Source: an uncultured Eubacteriales bacterium
Lineage (GTDB): Bacteria; Bacillota; Clostridia; Christensenellales; CAG-138
Length of the DNA stretch: 63,470 nucleotides
Assembly (NCBI GenBank): GCA_900542615.1
Contig: UQOG01000003.1
Coordinates: 1-63,470 of the forward strand
Direction: 5' to 3'
The notes beneath the pieces were generated by a model, which saw nothing but the letters and a program-made list of their open reading frames with translations, was not told the origin of the DNA and made no database searches. The stretch's first letter is position 1. Each line of letters starts with the position of its first letter. Positions 46,256 to 54,426 of the stretch are shown piece by piece. A program made the translations under genes and the position numbers.

Positions 46256-46981
46256 TTACTTGAGGGCCGGCAGCTTGATCATGCGGCCGGTATCCAGCAA
46301 ACGGGGGTTTTCGATCTGGTTGGCGTTGGCGATGACCCGCCATTGCTCGCACTGGCCGTATTCCCGGCCGGAAAAGCTCCACAGGGCGTCCCCCTGATGC
46401 ACGGTGCGGTACTTGGCGGTATCCGGGGACTCGTTGGGCTTCATCTCGGCGATCTTGCTGGGCTTCATATATTGCTTGAAGGTCACCTGCAAGGTAGCCC
46501 GCACCGGGGTGCCCAGCTGGTTGAACATGGTGAACTTCTGGCTGCAGTTCACCAGATGCCCCTCGAATTGCAGCGAACCCCATTCGATCTTCAGCAGAGG
46601 GGGCACGTGGGTGCTTTTATCGATGATCATCAGGTCGTAGATCTTGGCGGTATATTTGCGCACGTCCATCTTGGCGGGGGCGGGGGCCAGGGCGGTGGCG
46701 TTGAGCTTGAGCACGTCCCCCACGCTGCCGCCCACCATGCTGGCGGCGTAATAGGTATCGAAAAACAATTCCATTTGCAAGGTCTCGCTGCTTCCGTGCA
46801 CAAACTGGATGCTGGGCATATTGGAAGCCAGGCCCGGGGCCTCGCTGTATTTGGCCCCCCGCTCCTGGACGTAGGACTCGGGATTGTACATCACGTAGAT
46901 CTTTTTGTTGTTGGTCTTGTTGGTGATGCACATCTTTTCCAGGGGCATGATCATATTGGGATTGGGCTTGCCGATCTGCAT
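46256..46981 (-). CDS. LysM-domain tube-initiator/baseplate protein (Afp7-like)
   Basis: The N-terminal tube-like fold has YVMYNPESY...LQMELFFDTY. The C-terminal LysM domain has YRTVHQGDALWSFSGREYGQCEQWRVIANANQIENPRLLDTGRMIKLP. Confidence 0.85.
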   Translation of the reverse strand: MQIGKPNPNMIMPLEKMCITNKTNNKKIYVMYNPESYVQERGAKYSEAPGLASNMPSIQFVHGSSETLQMELFFDTYYAASMVGGSVGDVLKLNATALAPAPAKMDVRKYTAKIYDLMIIDKSTHVPPLLKIEWGSLQFEGHLVNCSQKFTMFNQLGTPVRATLQVTFKQYMKPSKIAEMKPNESPDTAKYRTVHQGDALWSFSGREYGQCEQWRVIANANQIENPRLLDTGRMIKLPALK

Positions 46982-47004
46982 GGGGCACCTCCTCTAGGGG
47001 TTGT

Positions 47005-49476
47005 TCATAGGCCCAGCCTGCGCTGGTCCCGTTTGAGCCGGTCCTGGATGATGGTATAGACCTGGTTGGCCATGCGCCTGATCTCCGCATCGGAAAACCG
47101 CAGCGGAGGCGTTTCCTGGGGTTCCGGCTTTTTCTTATGGGTCATACGGGCGGTGGCGCCGGTATACCCGGGGGCGGTCCAAACCATCTGGCTGGCCGGC
47201 TGGCTCTGGGGCCGCGCCGGGCTTGCGCCGGACTGCCCCTGGGCGGGCTGGCCGCCGGGCTTTGGCTGGGCCGGCTGGCTCTGCTTGGTTGGTTCAAAGC
47301 TATCCCGCAGGAAGTCCCGAGCCCACCCGGGCAAGGACTGCACGTAGGGGGATTCCGAATACCCTGCTTGGGCCGGGGCGGCTTTCTCCCCGCCCTTGGG
47401 GGCCGGGCCCATGGCCGGCTGCGCCTGCGGCCGGCTGGCCGCATAGGTGAGGGGCTGGCGCTGGAATTGGCCGCTTCCCCCCGCCGCCGGCAAGGCGGCC
47501 GCCTGGGTTTGCCCGGGCCGGAACCCGGTCATATGGCCGGGGCTCTTTACGCTGCCCAAAGGCCGGAATACCCGGTTCAACCCCTGTCCTTCCGCCGCCG
47601 GCGTTTGCCGGGAAAGGGCCTGGGCCGTCCGCTGGCCCAGGGGCTGGAAGTCCCGGTGCCAGGGCAGCTGTAGCGTCTCTTCCGCCCCGCCCTGGGGGGC
47701 AGGGCCGTACACCAGGGGCGTTCCCGTCTGCATCCCGCCTGTGGCAGCCACCGGCTGGGCCGGGGCCTGGGCCATGGGGGCGGGCTGGGCTTGGGGCTGC
47801 GCCGCCTCTGGGGAGGCTTGGCTCGCCTGAAGTGGGGATCGCTCCGCTGCTACCGCCTCTTGGACAGCCTGTTTTCCTTCCCCTTGGATGACGCGCTGCG
47901 CTTCCGATTTGGCCGTTTGCCGGGCCGCCTCCCCTGCCGCCTGGGCTTCCGCCGTCCCTTGGACTTCCCCGGCTTTGGCCAGGGGCCTTTCCGGTTCCCG
48001 AGCCGCCCTCTGCCGAAGAGCCGGCCCGGGCTCCGGGGCTTGGCCCGGCTCCGGGATGGGGGCGTATTGCAACGGCGCCTCCAGGGGGGCGAACGCCGCC
48101 TGTCCCAAAGCCCGCTGGGCCATGGCAGGCTGGTCGTCCGCGCTTCCGGGCTGGGCCTCTTCCCCGGCCGCTACCGTCTGGCCGGAGCCTGGATGGGCCG
48201 CTCCGGGGCGTTCTTCTATGTCCTGCCCCGTTGGGGGCTGCGGTTCCCTTGCTTGCTTTTGTGCGGGGGCTTTGGCCGCCGTTGCCTTTGGCCCGGCCTG
48301 AGCCCGGGATGAGGCGTCCATGGACGGCTGGCCGGCCGCTTGTGGGGTCCGGGCCTTTTTTGCCTGCCGGTCCTCCGTCCGGCTACCTCCTTCTTGGGCC
48401 GCCTGCCGGATTACCGGCTGGGCGGGAAGGACGTCCGGTTGGGTTGAAGCCGCCCCCTCCTGCCGGTGGGTCATGGCCGCCGGGCTGACAAGGCCGGCCT
48501 TCTCTTGGATGGCCGGGGCCAATCCCGTGGCCAGCGCCTCCTCCTCCGCAACCGTCTGGGAGATCGCCGAACCCGCCGCCGGCTGGAAAGCCGATTGAAC
48601 CCGCGCCTGGCCCGGGAAGGCCGCCTGCCGCAGATCCAGCGGCGCCATGTCCGGCTCCAGCTGAACCGCGGGGCCGGCAACCATGTCCGGGGGCATCGCG
48701 CCCTGCTCCAACCCCGCTTGGGGCGGGATGGCGCCCGGCTGGGCTTGGGATGCGCCGTCCGGGCCGGTCTGGGCCGCCTGGGCCGGGGCGATCGGAGTCC
48801 TATTCCCTTGGCCCCTGCCCGCCTGCGCCGAAACGGCCTGGGCGTCGCCGGCCCGGGCTGGCGGCGCCTTGGGGGCTGCCGCCCGGGCCGGGGGAAACGC
48901 CTGCCGCTCCAGCGGGGCGCGGGTGGAAGCGGTCAGGCCCGCTTCCTGGTTCCGGCGCAACACCTGGGCATAGCGCAGCTGGGCCGGTTCCGGGGCCTTT
49001 TGCCGGGCCGCAGCCACCTCCGCCATGGCCTTGGCCTGGGCCACCGGGCCCTGCAAAAATACCTCCCGCCGCGCCAGGGCGGCGCGCACGCTGGTATGGT
49101 AAAAATTCTGGATGGTGGGCGCGGCTTGGCGGATGACGCTGCGTTCCAGGGTGAACCGCTCCCGCAGGATGCGCTCCACCAGCCGCTCCGTCATGCTCTC
49201 CACGACCCTTTCCCCGGGTTCTTCCTGCTTTGCCTTGGATTGCTTTTCCGCCGGCAGGGTCAGGTGCAGATCCACCTGTACGTTGGGAACCGGGGCTGCG
49301 CCCTGGTCCTCCTCCGGGGCATATATGAGATGCAGGGGCGTATACAGGCCGGTAGCGGTATTGTTCCGCTCCAAAATGGCCTGGGCGAACGCCAGGGATG
49401 CAAAGGGGGATGCCGCCAGCGCCTCACGCTGGGGCAATACCGCCATATCCCGTTTGCATAGCCCGATGTTCTCCAT
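47005..49476 (-). CDS. Pro/Ala/Gln-rich low-complexity protein in tape-measure position (Afp14-like tail-length determinant candidate)
   Basis: 823 aa. The N-terminus of about 130 aa and the C-terminus of about 40 aa (FSDAEIRRMANQVYTIIQDRLKRDQRRLGL) are structured. The rest is PAQG-rich. The gene lies between the tube and LysM genes, as tape-measure genes do in phage and CIS clusters. Confidence 0.65.
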   Translation of the reverse strand: MENIGLCKRDMAVLPQREALAASPFASLAFAQAILERNNTATGLYTPLHLIYAPEEDQGAAPVPNVQVDLHLTLPAEKQSKAKQEEPGERVVESMTERLVERILRERFTLERSVIRQAAPTIQNFYHTSVRAALARREVFLQGPVAQAKAMAEVAAARQKAPEPAQLRYAQVLRRNQEAGLTASTRAPLERQAFPPARAAAPKAPPARAGDAQAVSAQAGRGQGNRTPIAPAQAAQTGPDGASQAQPGAIPPQAGLEQGAMPPDMVAGPAVQLEPDMAPLDLRQAAFPGQARVQSAFQPAAGSAISQTVAEEEALATGLAPAIQEKAGLVSPAAMTHRQEGAASTQPDVLPAQPVIRQAAQEGGSRTEDRQAKKARTPQAAGQPSMDASSRAQAGPKATAAKAPAQKQAREPQPPTGQDIEERPGAAHPGSGQTVAAGEEAQPGSADDQPAMAQRALGQAAFAPLEAPLQYAPIPEPGQAPEPGPALRQRAAREPERPLAKAGEVQGTAEAQAAGEAARQTAKSEAQRVIQGEGKQAVQEAVAAERSPLQASQASPEAAQPQAQPAPMAQAPAQPVAATGGMQTGTPLVYGPAPQGGAEETLQLPWHRDFQPLGQRTAQALSRQTPAAEGQGLNRVFRPLGSVKSPGHMTGFRPGQTQAAALPAAGGSGQFQRQPLTYAASRPQAQPAMGPAPKGGEKAAPAQAGYSESPYVQSLPGWARDFLRDSFEPTKQSQPAQPKPGGQPAQGQSGASPARPQSQPASQMVWTAPGYTGATARMTHKKKPEPQETPPLRFSDAEIRRMANQVYTIIQDRLKRDQRRLGL

Positions 49477-49504
49477 GGGTACGCCGCCTTCCTTTCTTGC
49501 GCGT

Positions 49505-49927
49505 TTAGATGCAGCCGTTGTACTGCAATTCGATCCGGTTTACCGCCAGCTCCGGCTGGGTGCTGTTGAGGCTGGGCCCCACATATTTGGACAGCAGGGC
49601 GTCGTTGATCATCCAGGTGCGCTTGGTGGCCCCGGTATGATCCTTCAGGGTGATGATGCCGTTGATGGGCATACGCATTCCCAGGTTCATCAGGTGCATC
49701 CAGGCCTCAAACCCGTCGATCATGGTCACCGTCCCCTGCTCCAGCACCAGGGTCTGGGGGACGATATTCTTAAAAAACTGCCGGGGGTAAGGACAGCCGC
49801 CCTCGTTATAGGTTTCGTATTCAAATTCCATGGCCAGGCCGCTCACCGATGTGAACCGCCCGCTCAGGCCCAACGCCGGCGCCCCGAACATCACTTCAAA
49901 ATAGGTATTTGCCACATAATCCGACAT
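49505..49927 (-). CDS. Tail tube family protein, paralog 3 (Afp5-like)
   Basis: YFEVMFG...GRFTSVSGLAMEFEYETYNEGG...LVLEQG follows the gp19/TIGR02241 tube pattern. Confidence 0.85.
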   Translation of the reverse strand: MSDYVANTYFEVMFGAPALGLSGRFTSVSGLAMEFEYETYNEGGCPYPRQFFKNIVPQTLVLEQGTVTMIDGFEAWMHLMNLGMRMPINGIITLKDHTGATKRTWMINDALLSKYVGPSLNSTQPELAVNRIELQYNGCI

Positions 49928-49955
49928 CGCTATGGCTCCTTGGTCCTTTCTTCCA

Positions 49956-50435
49956 TCAGGCCGGCGGGTTGGCCACCCGCTTGAACCCGGTGATGGAAAA
50001 TTCGATGGTTTCGGTCAACACGGCGCTCTGGCTGCTATCCATGGGCGCCAGGGTATAGGAAACCGGCATGGCGTTGATCAGCGACCAGATCACCCCCCGC
50101 TTCCCCTTCCCGTCCACGGCCACCACGTTGATGGTGCGGCGCAGGGACGCCCCGGTAGGCGGCGCGCTTTCCGAGGGGGCGCAGGCCAAGATCCAGTCGA
50201 AAAACTCATTGTCCCCGATCACCCCCTTGGTGAGGGTCACGTTTTCAAAGGAGGTGATAGAGGGGATCTTCTCGGTGACCCCCCGTTCCTCGGAGCCCCA
50301 GCGGGTCTCCACCACGTGGGTCTGCATCCGGATGCCGGAAAACTGGGCAAAGGCCGCCACCACCGTGGGCCCGGCCCCTTCCACCTCCACCAGGAAGCGA
50401 AACGCGTTGAAGGGCTCGTTATAGATAACGGACAT
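49956..50435 (-). CDS. Tail tube protein, paralog 2 (Afp1-like)
   Basis: FNAFRFLVEVEG...AAFAQFSGIRMQTHVVE...FENVTLTKGV. AAAGGAGGG SD present. Confidence 0.88.
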   Translation of the reverse strand: MSVIYNEPFNAFRFLVEVEGAGPTVVAAFAQFSGIRMQTHVVETRWGSEERGVTEKIPSITSFENVTLTKGVIGDNEFFDWILACAPSESAPPTGASLRRTINVVAVDGKGKRGVIWSLINAMPVSYTLAPMDSSQSAVLTETIEFSITGFKRVANPPA

Positions 50436-50460
50436 AGGCCCTCCTTTCTATAAAATGGCG

Positions 50461-50610
50461 TCAGCGGAATTCGATGGGCCGCTGTTGGTCTTTGCCGCTT
50501 AGGTTCTGGTTGATGCCGGAAACCTCCGCGCACCAGCGCCGCCGTTCCCGGTGATCCAGATTCATCAGCTCTTCCCTGGGCCAATGGAGATAATATCCCA
50601 AAAAGGCCAT
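50461..50610 (-). CDS. Small conserved-looking ORF (49 aa from its ATG), probably the -1 frame extension (E'/T-like) of the tail assembly chaperone
   Basis: Not in the track because it is under 60 aa. It encodes MAFLGYYLHWPREELMNLDHRERRRWCAEVSGINQNLSGKDQQRPIEFR. The frame is -1 relative to 50649..51008 and stays open upstream through the chaperone stop. The ATG has no properly spaced SD (GAGGAA abuts it). Confidence 0.55.
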   Translation of the reverse strand: MAFLGYYLHWPREELMNLDHRERRRWCAEVSGINQNLSGKDQQRPIEFR

Positions 50611-50618
50611 TTCCTCAT

Positions 50619-50664
50619 AGAGCCGGTCCTGGGGATACAGGGCCAGCTCTAATCCAATAAAAAA
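50619..50664 (-). promoter_or_regulatory. Candidate -1 programmed ribosomal frameshift signal: T_TTT_TTA slippery heptamer plus downstream stem-loop
   Basis: On the minus strand the sequence reads GAT TTT TTA TTG GAT TAG. The heptamer T TTT TTA occupies 50664-50658 in the zero frame of the chaperone. Seven nt downstream, AGAGCTGGCC (50650-50641) can pair with GGACCGGCTCT (50629-50619). Confidence 0.5.
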
Positions 50665-51008
50665 TCCAGGGGCACCTCAAAGCTTTGGCCGCAATGGGGG
50701 CAGGCCACCTTATAGGAGGGGGTGTCCGCCATATTGATCCGCTGATACAGGTCCTGCAAATAGGCCAAGTCCATGGTGAACAGGCCCTCGATGACCCGGG
50801 TATTGATATTGGGCAGGGTGCCCAGCTTGGTGATGACCCGGGAGAGCAGGATGATGGAAAGATAGCCGGGGTTCTGCTGCACCTTGGGGTCCCGCATGGG
50901 CAATATCTCATCCGCCGCCGTGGCCAGGCGCATCACACCTTTGCGGTGCAGATCCCCGTTGGCGTCCACATAACCCTTTGGCAGTTCAAATTCAAATTCC
51001 GTTTGCAT
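50649..51008 (-). CDS. Tail assembly chaperone-like protein (P2 gpE / lambda gpG analog) with C-terminal zinc-ribbon-like CPHCG
   Basis: 119 aa. FELPKGYVDANGDLHRKGVMRLATAADEILPMRDPKV resembles the phage_E family chaperone pattern. It sits between tube paralogs and upstream of the tape-measure-like gene. Confidence 0.65.
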   Translation of the reverse strand: MQTEFEFELPKGYVDANGDLHRKGVMRLATAADEILPMRDPKVQQNPGYLSIILLSRVITKLGTLPNINTRVIEGLFTMDLAYLQDLYQRINMADTPSYKVACPHCGQSFEVPLDFLLD

Positions 51009-51107
51009 GGGTTGCCTCCATCATGCCGCGCGGGCCCCGGCGGGCGCCGCCGGGGGGCAAAGCCCCCGGCTTTGCGGCGCGCGCCGGGCGCGCAAGGTCA
51101 TAGGGTA

Positions 51108-51587
51108 TTAGTTGGGAGAGGGCTCGCCGGCAGGGCTGCCGGGGGTATGCTCCAGGCCCTCGTGGCACAGCTCCAGGGAATGGATGGCCACCTCGCCGCC
51201 CATACCGGACAGATCCGGCACCGTGTAGCTCACCGGCCAGGCGTTGATCAGGCTCCAGGAGGGGCCCGGGTTGCCCGCATCGTCGATGAGGGTGATGGTC
51301 ACGTTATGCCGCTCCAAGCCGGTGGGGTTGGCGGTGTTGGTGGGAGCTACGGAATAGACCCAGGTGAGGAAATCCGTATCGTCGCTCACGCCCCAGCGCA
51401 GGGTCACGTTGCCAAACTTGGTCAGGCCCGGCAGCTTGCGGGGGGTATTGCGCAGATCGTCGCCTTCCCGGTATTCGATGGCGTCCACGGAGGAGCTCAT
51501 GCCGGATACTTCAGAGAAGCCTGCCCGGCTGATGCCGTCGATCTCCACCTGGTAGCGAAATACTCTGTAGGGATAATTGATTGCCAT
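51108..51587 (-). CDS. Tail tube protein, paralog 1 (Afp1-like)
   Basis: YRVFRYQVEIDGISRAGFSEVSGMSSSVDAIEYREG...FGNVTLRWGV follows the tube family pattern. It lies directly after the sheath gene. Confidence 0.9.
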   Translation of the reverse strand: MAINYPYRVFRYQVEIDGISRAGFSEVSGMSSSVDAIEYREGDDLRNTPRKLPGLTKFGNVTLRWGVSDDTDFLTWVYSVAPTNTANPTGLERHNVTITLIDDAGNPGPSWSLINAWPVSYTVPDLSGMGGEVAIHSLELCHEGLEHTPGSPAGEPSPN

Positions 51588-51621
51588 AGTATTCTCGTCC
51601 TTTCGTCAGCGTTGGTCTGCC

Positions 51622-53373
51622 TTAGCCTTCCGACTCGGAGGAGGCGGTGTGCTGGGTGATCCGGAAGATCACGAACTCGGCGGGCTTCACGGCAGCGATA
51701 CCGATGTTGCAGATCAACCGGCCGTTGTCGATATCATCCTGGGTCATGGTGGTGGGTCCGCACTCTACGAAATAGGCCTCAGAGGGGGTGGAGCCGGCCA
51801 GGGCGCCGGAACGCCAGCAGGTGGCCAGGAACATTTCGATGGTACGGGTCACCCGGCCCCAAAGCACTTCGCTGTTGGGCTCGAATACCACCCAGTTGGT
51901 GTTGGCCTTGATGGACTCCTCGATGTAGATGTACAACCGCCGTACGTTCACATACTTCCACAGGCCGTTGGAGCTCATGGTCCTGGCGCCCCATACCCGG
52001 ATGCCCCGGCCCGTAAAGGCGCGGATCAGGTTGACGCCCTTGGGGTTGAGGATATCCTGCTCGCCCTCGTTGTAGTTGCAGCTCAGGCCCGTGCAGCCCC
52101 GGACGATCTCATTGGCAGGGGCCTTATGCACGCCCCGCTCGTTGTCGGTGCGGGCATAGATGCCGGCCATGGCGCCGGAGGGCGGGAAGTAGGCGCTGCG
52201 CTTGGCCAGGGGGTCGAACATCTCCAGCCAGGGATGATACATGGCAGCGTAGGTGGTGTCGTACATATCCCGGAATTCCGCCACATCGTTGGTCTTTTTC
52301 CGGTCGATGGGCACATCCAGAATGGCGAAGCAGGACTTGCAGTTTTCGCAATGGGCGATCAGGGCAGCCTGTACCTCGGGGGCGGTGACGCCGGGGATGG
52401 CCATGATGGACACATCCACGTTCTCCAGGAAGGCAGCCAGGCCGCTGCGCTTGCCGGGGCCGTTATCCGCGCCCATGTAGACGCTGGGGTTCACGTTGGC
52501 GACCTTGCCGTCGCTGCCGCCCGCCAGGGCGATCACAGCGGCGCCGCCCACCAGCTCGATGGGGGTCGCGCCGGCCTTGGCGGGCGCGGGGGCCTTCTCG
52601 TCCTTGCCCTCCTTGGGGGCGGCGGGGGCCTTGGCTTCCGTTACGGCGACGGTCACCAGGTCGGACTTGCGGGTCCGGGCGCTGACGAAGTTGCCGGCTT
52701 CGGGGCAGAGGGATACGTTGGCGTAGGTCTCCACCACGTCGTCCAGCTTCACGGTCAGGGTCAGCTCGCAGGTCTTGATGTACTTGGGGGTGCCGATCTT
52801 TTCATCCGCCACGTTCAGGGTGCAGGGCGCATCCAGGGTAACGATGTTGTCCAGGCTGGAAACGATGGTGGCATAGGCCTTGGCCTTGCCGTCGAACAGC
52901 TCCACCACGTCCCCCTGGTTGAAGCCATCGGCATTCTTCAGCTTCAGGTCCGCGCCGTTCACGGCGATAACCTGGGTCTTGGCCTTGGAGGAGGCCTCCA
53001 CGGTTACGCGGATCTTGTTGCCCCATTCGCCGGGGTTAGCCGCCTCGATCTGCAGCACGCCGGCCGTTGCCTTGGCCGCCGCAGCGCCCTCGGCCGCCAC
53101 GCGCATGATATACGCGCGGGATCCGCCATTGATGAAGAACTGCTCCACCGCATAGGGCAGGAACCGGGCTTCGCCAAACTTGGCCTCGCTCAGATACCCG
53201 CCAAAGGCCCGCTTATAATCGGCAAAGCTGGTGACCAGCTGGGGCTTGCCCACCACCGGTCCCCTCTGCGCCAGGCCGATAAAGCCTGCGGTGCTGGTGC
53301 TGACGCCCTGCATGGGCACCGCACCGGAATCGTATTCTTCCACATACACGCCCGGGGATAAGTATTCTGCCAT
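51622..53373 (-). CDS. Contractile tail sheath protein (Afp2-4-like)
   Basis: 583 aa. It has the canonical N-terminus MAEYLSPGVYVEE...STAGFIGLAQRGP...VTSFADYKRAFGG and the C-terminal sheath core ...IRVWGARTMS...WKYVNVRRLYIYIEESI. Confidence 0.93.
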   Translation of the reverse strand: MAEYLSPGVYVEEYDSGAVPMQGVSTSTAGFIGLAQRGPVVGKPQLVTSFADYKRAFGGYLSEAKFGEARFLPYAVEQFFINGGSRAYIMRVAAEGAAAAKATAGVLQIEAANPGEWGNKIRVTVEASSKAKTQVIAVNGADLKLKNADGFNQGDVVELFDGKAKAYATIVSSLDNIVTLDAPCTLNVADEKIGTPKYIKTCELTLTVKLDDVVETYANVSLCPEAGNFVSARTRKSDLVTVAVTEAKAPAAPKEGKDEKAPAPAKAGATPIELVGGAAVIALAGGSDGKVANVNPSVYMGADNGPGKRSGLAAFLENVDVSIMAIPGVTAPEVQAALIAHCENCKSCFAILDVPIDRKKTNDVAEFRDMYDTTYAAMYHPWLEMFDPLAKRSAYFPPSGAMAGIYARTDNERGVHKAPANEIVRGCTGLSCNYNEGEQDILNPKGVNLIRAFTGRGIRVWGARTMSSNGLWKYVNVRRLYIYIEESIKANTNWVVFEPNSEVLWGRVTRTIEMFLATCWRSGALAGSTPSEAYFVECGPTTMTQDDIDNGRLICNIGIAAVKPAEFVIFRITQHTASSESEG

Positions 53374-53459
53374 CCCTTTGTGTGCTCCGCGCCCACTTGG
53401 AGCTTACGCGGAGCATTCCTCCTTTCTTTTTCTGGGTTTTCCGTTGATTTTTTGTATCC

Positions 53460-53891
53460 TCAATGTTGGAATACACCTGATTGTTTGGCGCAGGCCTCCA
53501 TTTGGGTCCAGAAGTGTTTCATCACCCCTGCGCTGTACTCCAACGCCCGGGTGATGGATTCCTGGGCGCTGTAAGCGTCGAACAGATCCGCGCTGACCCG
53601 CAGCACGATCCGCTCCCCCGAAAGGAATAGCCCGCCCCTTGTGAGGGCGGCGTTGACCTGGTTCACCTGGTGCAACGCCCGTCCCTTGTCCGCCACGGGA
53701 AACGGGTATACGCCATAGATCATAACCGTCTGCGGCGCATACCGGCAAACGGTCTCCCACCTGCGGCTCCCATCCTCAAACACGAACCGCACGCCGTCCT
53801 TTTCCCCGCGGTACGGAATGCCGTTGTAGGCGAGCGCCTCCAAAAGGGCTGCCGCGGGATCCACTCGCTCGTCAGGAAGATAGCCGGCCAT
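53460..53891 (-). CDS. YbjN/T3SS-chaperone-like fold protein (candidate cargo chaperone)
   Basis: 143 aa. RFVFEDGSRRWETVCRYAPQTVMIYGVYPFPVADKGRALHQVNQVNAALTRGGLFLSGERIVLRVS follows the YbjN-family secondary pattern. CAGGAGG SD present. The assignment is by eye only. Confidence 0.5.
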   Translation of the reverse strand: MAGYLPDERVDPAAALLEALAYNGIPYRGEKDGVRFVFEDGSRRWETVCRYAPQTVMIYGVYPFPVADKGRALHQVNQVNAALTRGGLFLSGERIVLRVSADLFDAYSAQESITRALEYSAGVMKHFWTQMEACAKQSGVFQH

Positions 53892-54309
53892 CCGCGCCTC
53901 CTGTCCAATCCCCTAAGCCTGCGGCCCAATCCCCGCCCAGGGCTGCCGCCGGATAGCTTTCCATATCCAGCGGCCCCGGCGCCAACGCGCCCCTGAAAAG
54001 GGCGGGCGCCTTTGCCGCGATGGGGTAGGCTTCGGGCAATTGGGGGTTTTGTTCATAGGCAAAGGGCTCCACCGTCAACTTGGGCCCGCCCTGGACCAGG
54101 GCGCCCAACGCGCTGTTGCCCACCTGGGCTCCCAGGGCCAGTGCGTCCACCGGCCGTAGCATGGCCGCCGTACCCCCCAGCCGCAACACAGCCGCCGCCC
54201 GGGCGGCGCATTGGGCCTGGCGCTGGGAATCCCCTTGCCGTTGCGCCGGCAACGAAAACCGGGCTTCCGGTTGTTCCGCCCGGGCCGTTTGCTGCGCCTG
54301 CTTCTCCAT
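53872..54309 (-). CDS. Hypothetical Ala/Gln-rich protein (145 aa)
   Basis: Good SD (AGGAAGGGAGA). Its 3' end overlaps the downstream start by 20 nt. No recognisable domain. Confidence 0.55.
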   Translation of the reverse strand: MEKQAQQTARAEQPEARFSLPAQRQGDSQRQAQCAARAAAVLRLGGTAAMLRPVDALALGAQVGNSALGALVQGGPKLTVEPFAYEQNPQLPEAYPIAAKAPALFRGALAPGPLDMESYPAAALGGDWAAGLGDWTGGADGRLSS

Positions 54310-54426
54310 GACGTTTGTCTCCCTTCCTGTTTGGAATCCCGAGGATCGCCTCCGGGCCCTGCCTGCGCCTGGCCCGCGGCGGTTCGCCGGACTCCGGCAT
54401 CCCCCCTCTCACTGCGTTTGGGAATC

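Noticed and set aside
47066-49461. Multiple overlapping ORFs in several frames inside the tape-measure-like gene
   Set aside because: They are generated by the repetitive GC-rich PAQ-coding tract. Only the 47005..49476 frame has a proper SD, start and structured termini.
25833-53361. Long plus-strand ORFs across the CIS locus (e.g. 25833..27116, 29421..30902, 33988..35139, 36038..37165, 41936..43984, 45188..46246, 51577..53361)
   Set aside because: All lie antisense to well-supported CIS genes. They have low-complexity Pro/Arg/Gly/His composition and no SD sequences, so they are GC-skew artefacts.
53190-53476. ORFs 53190..53396 and 53213..53476 (-) overlapping the sheath 5' end; the former starts behind a strong AAAGGAGGA
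   Set aside because: They are out of frame with the sheath gene, whose N-terminus MAEYLSPGVYVEE is canonical. The products are Arg/Gly-rich nonsense. The SD-like string may instead belong to a 5'-UTR hairpin (TGCTCCGCG/CGCGGAGCA).
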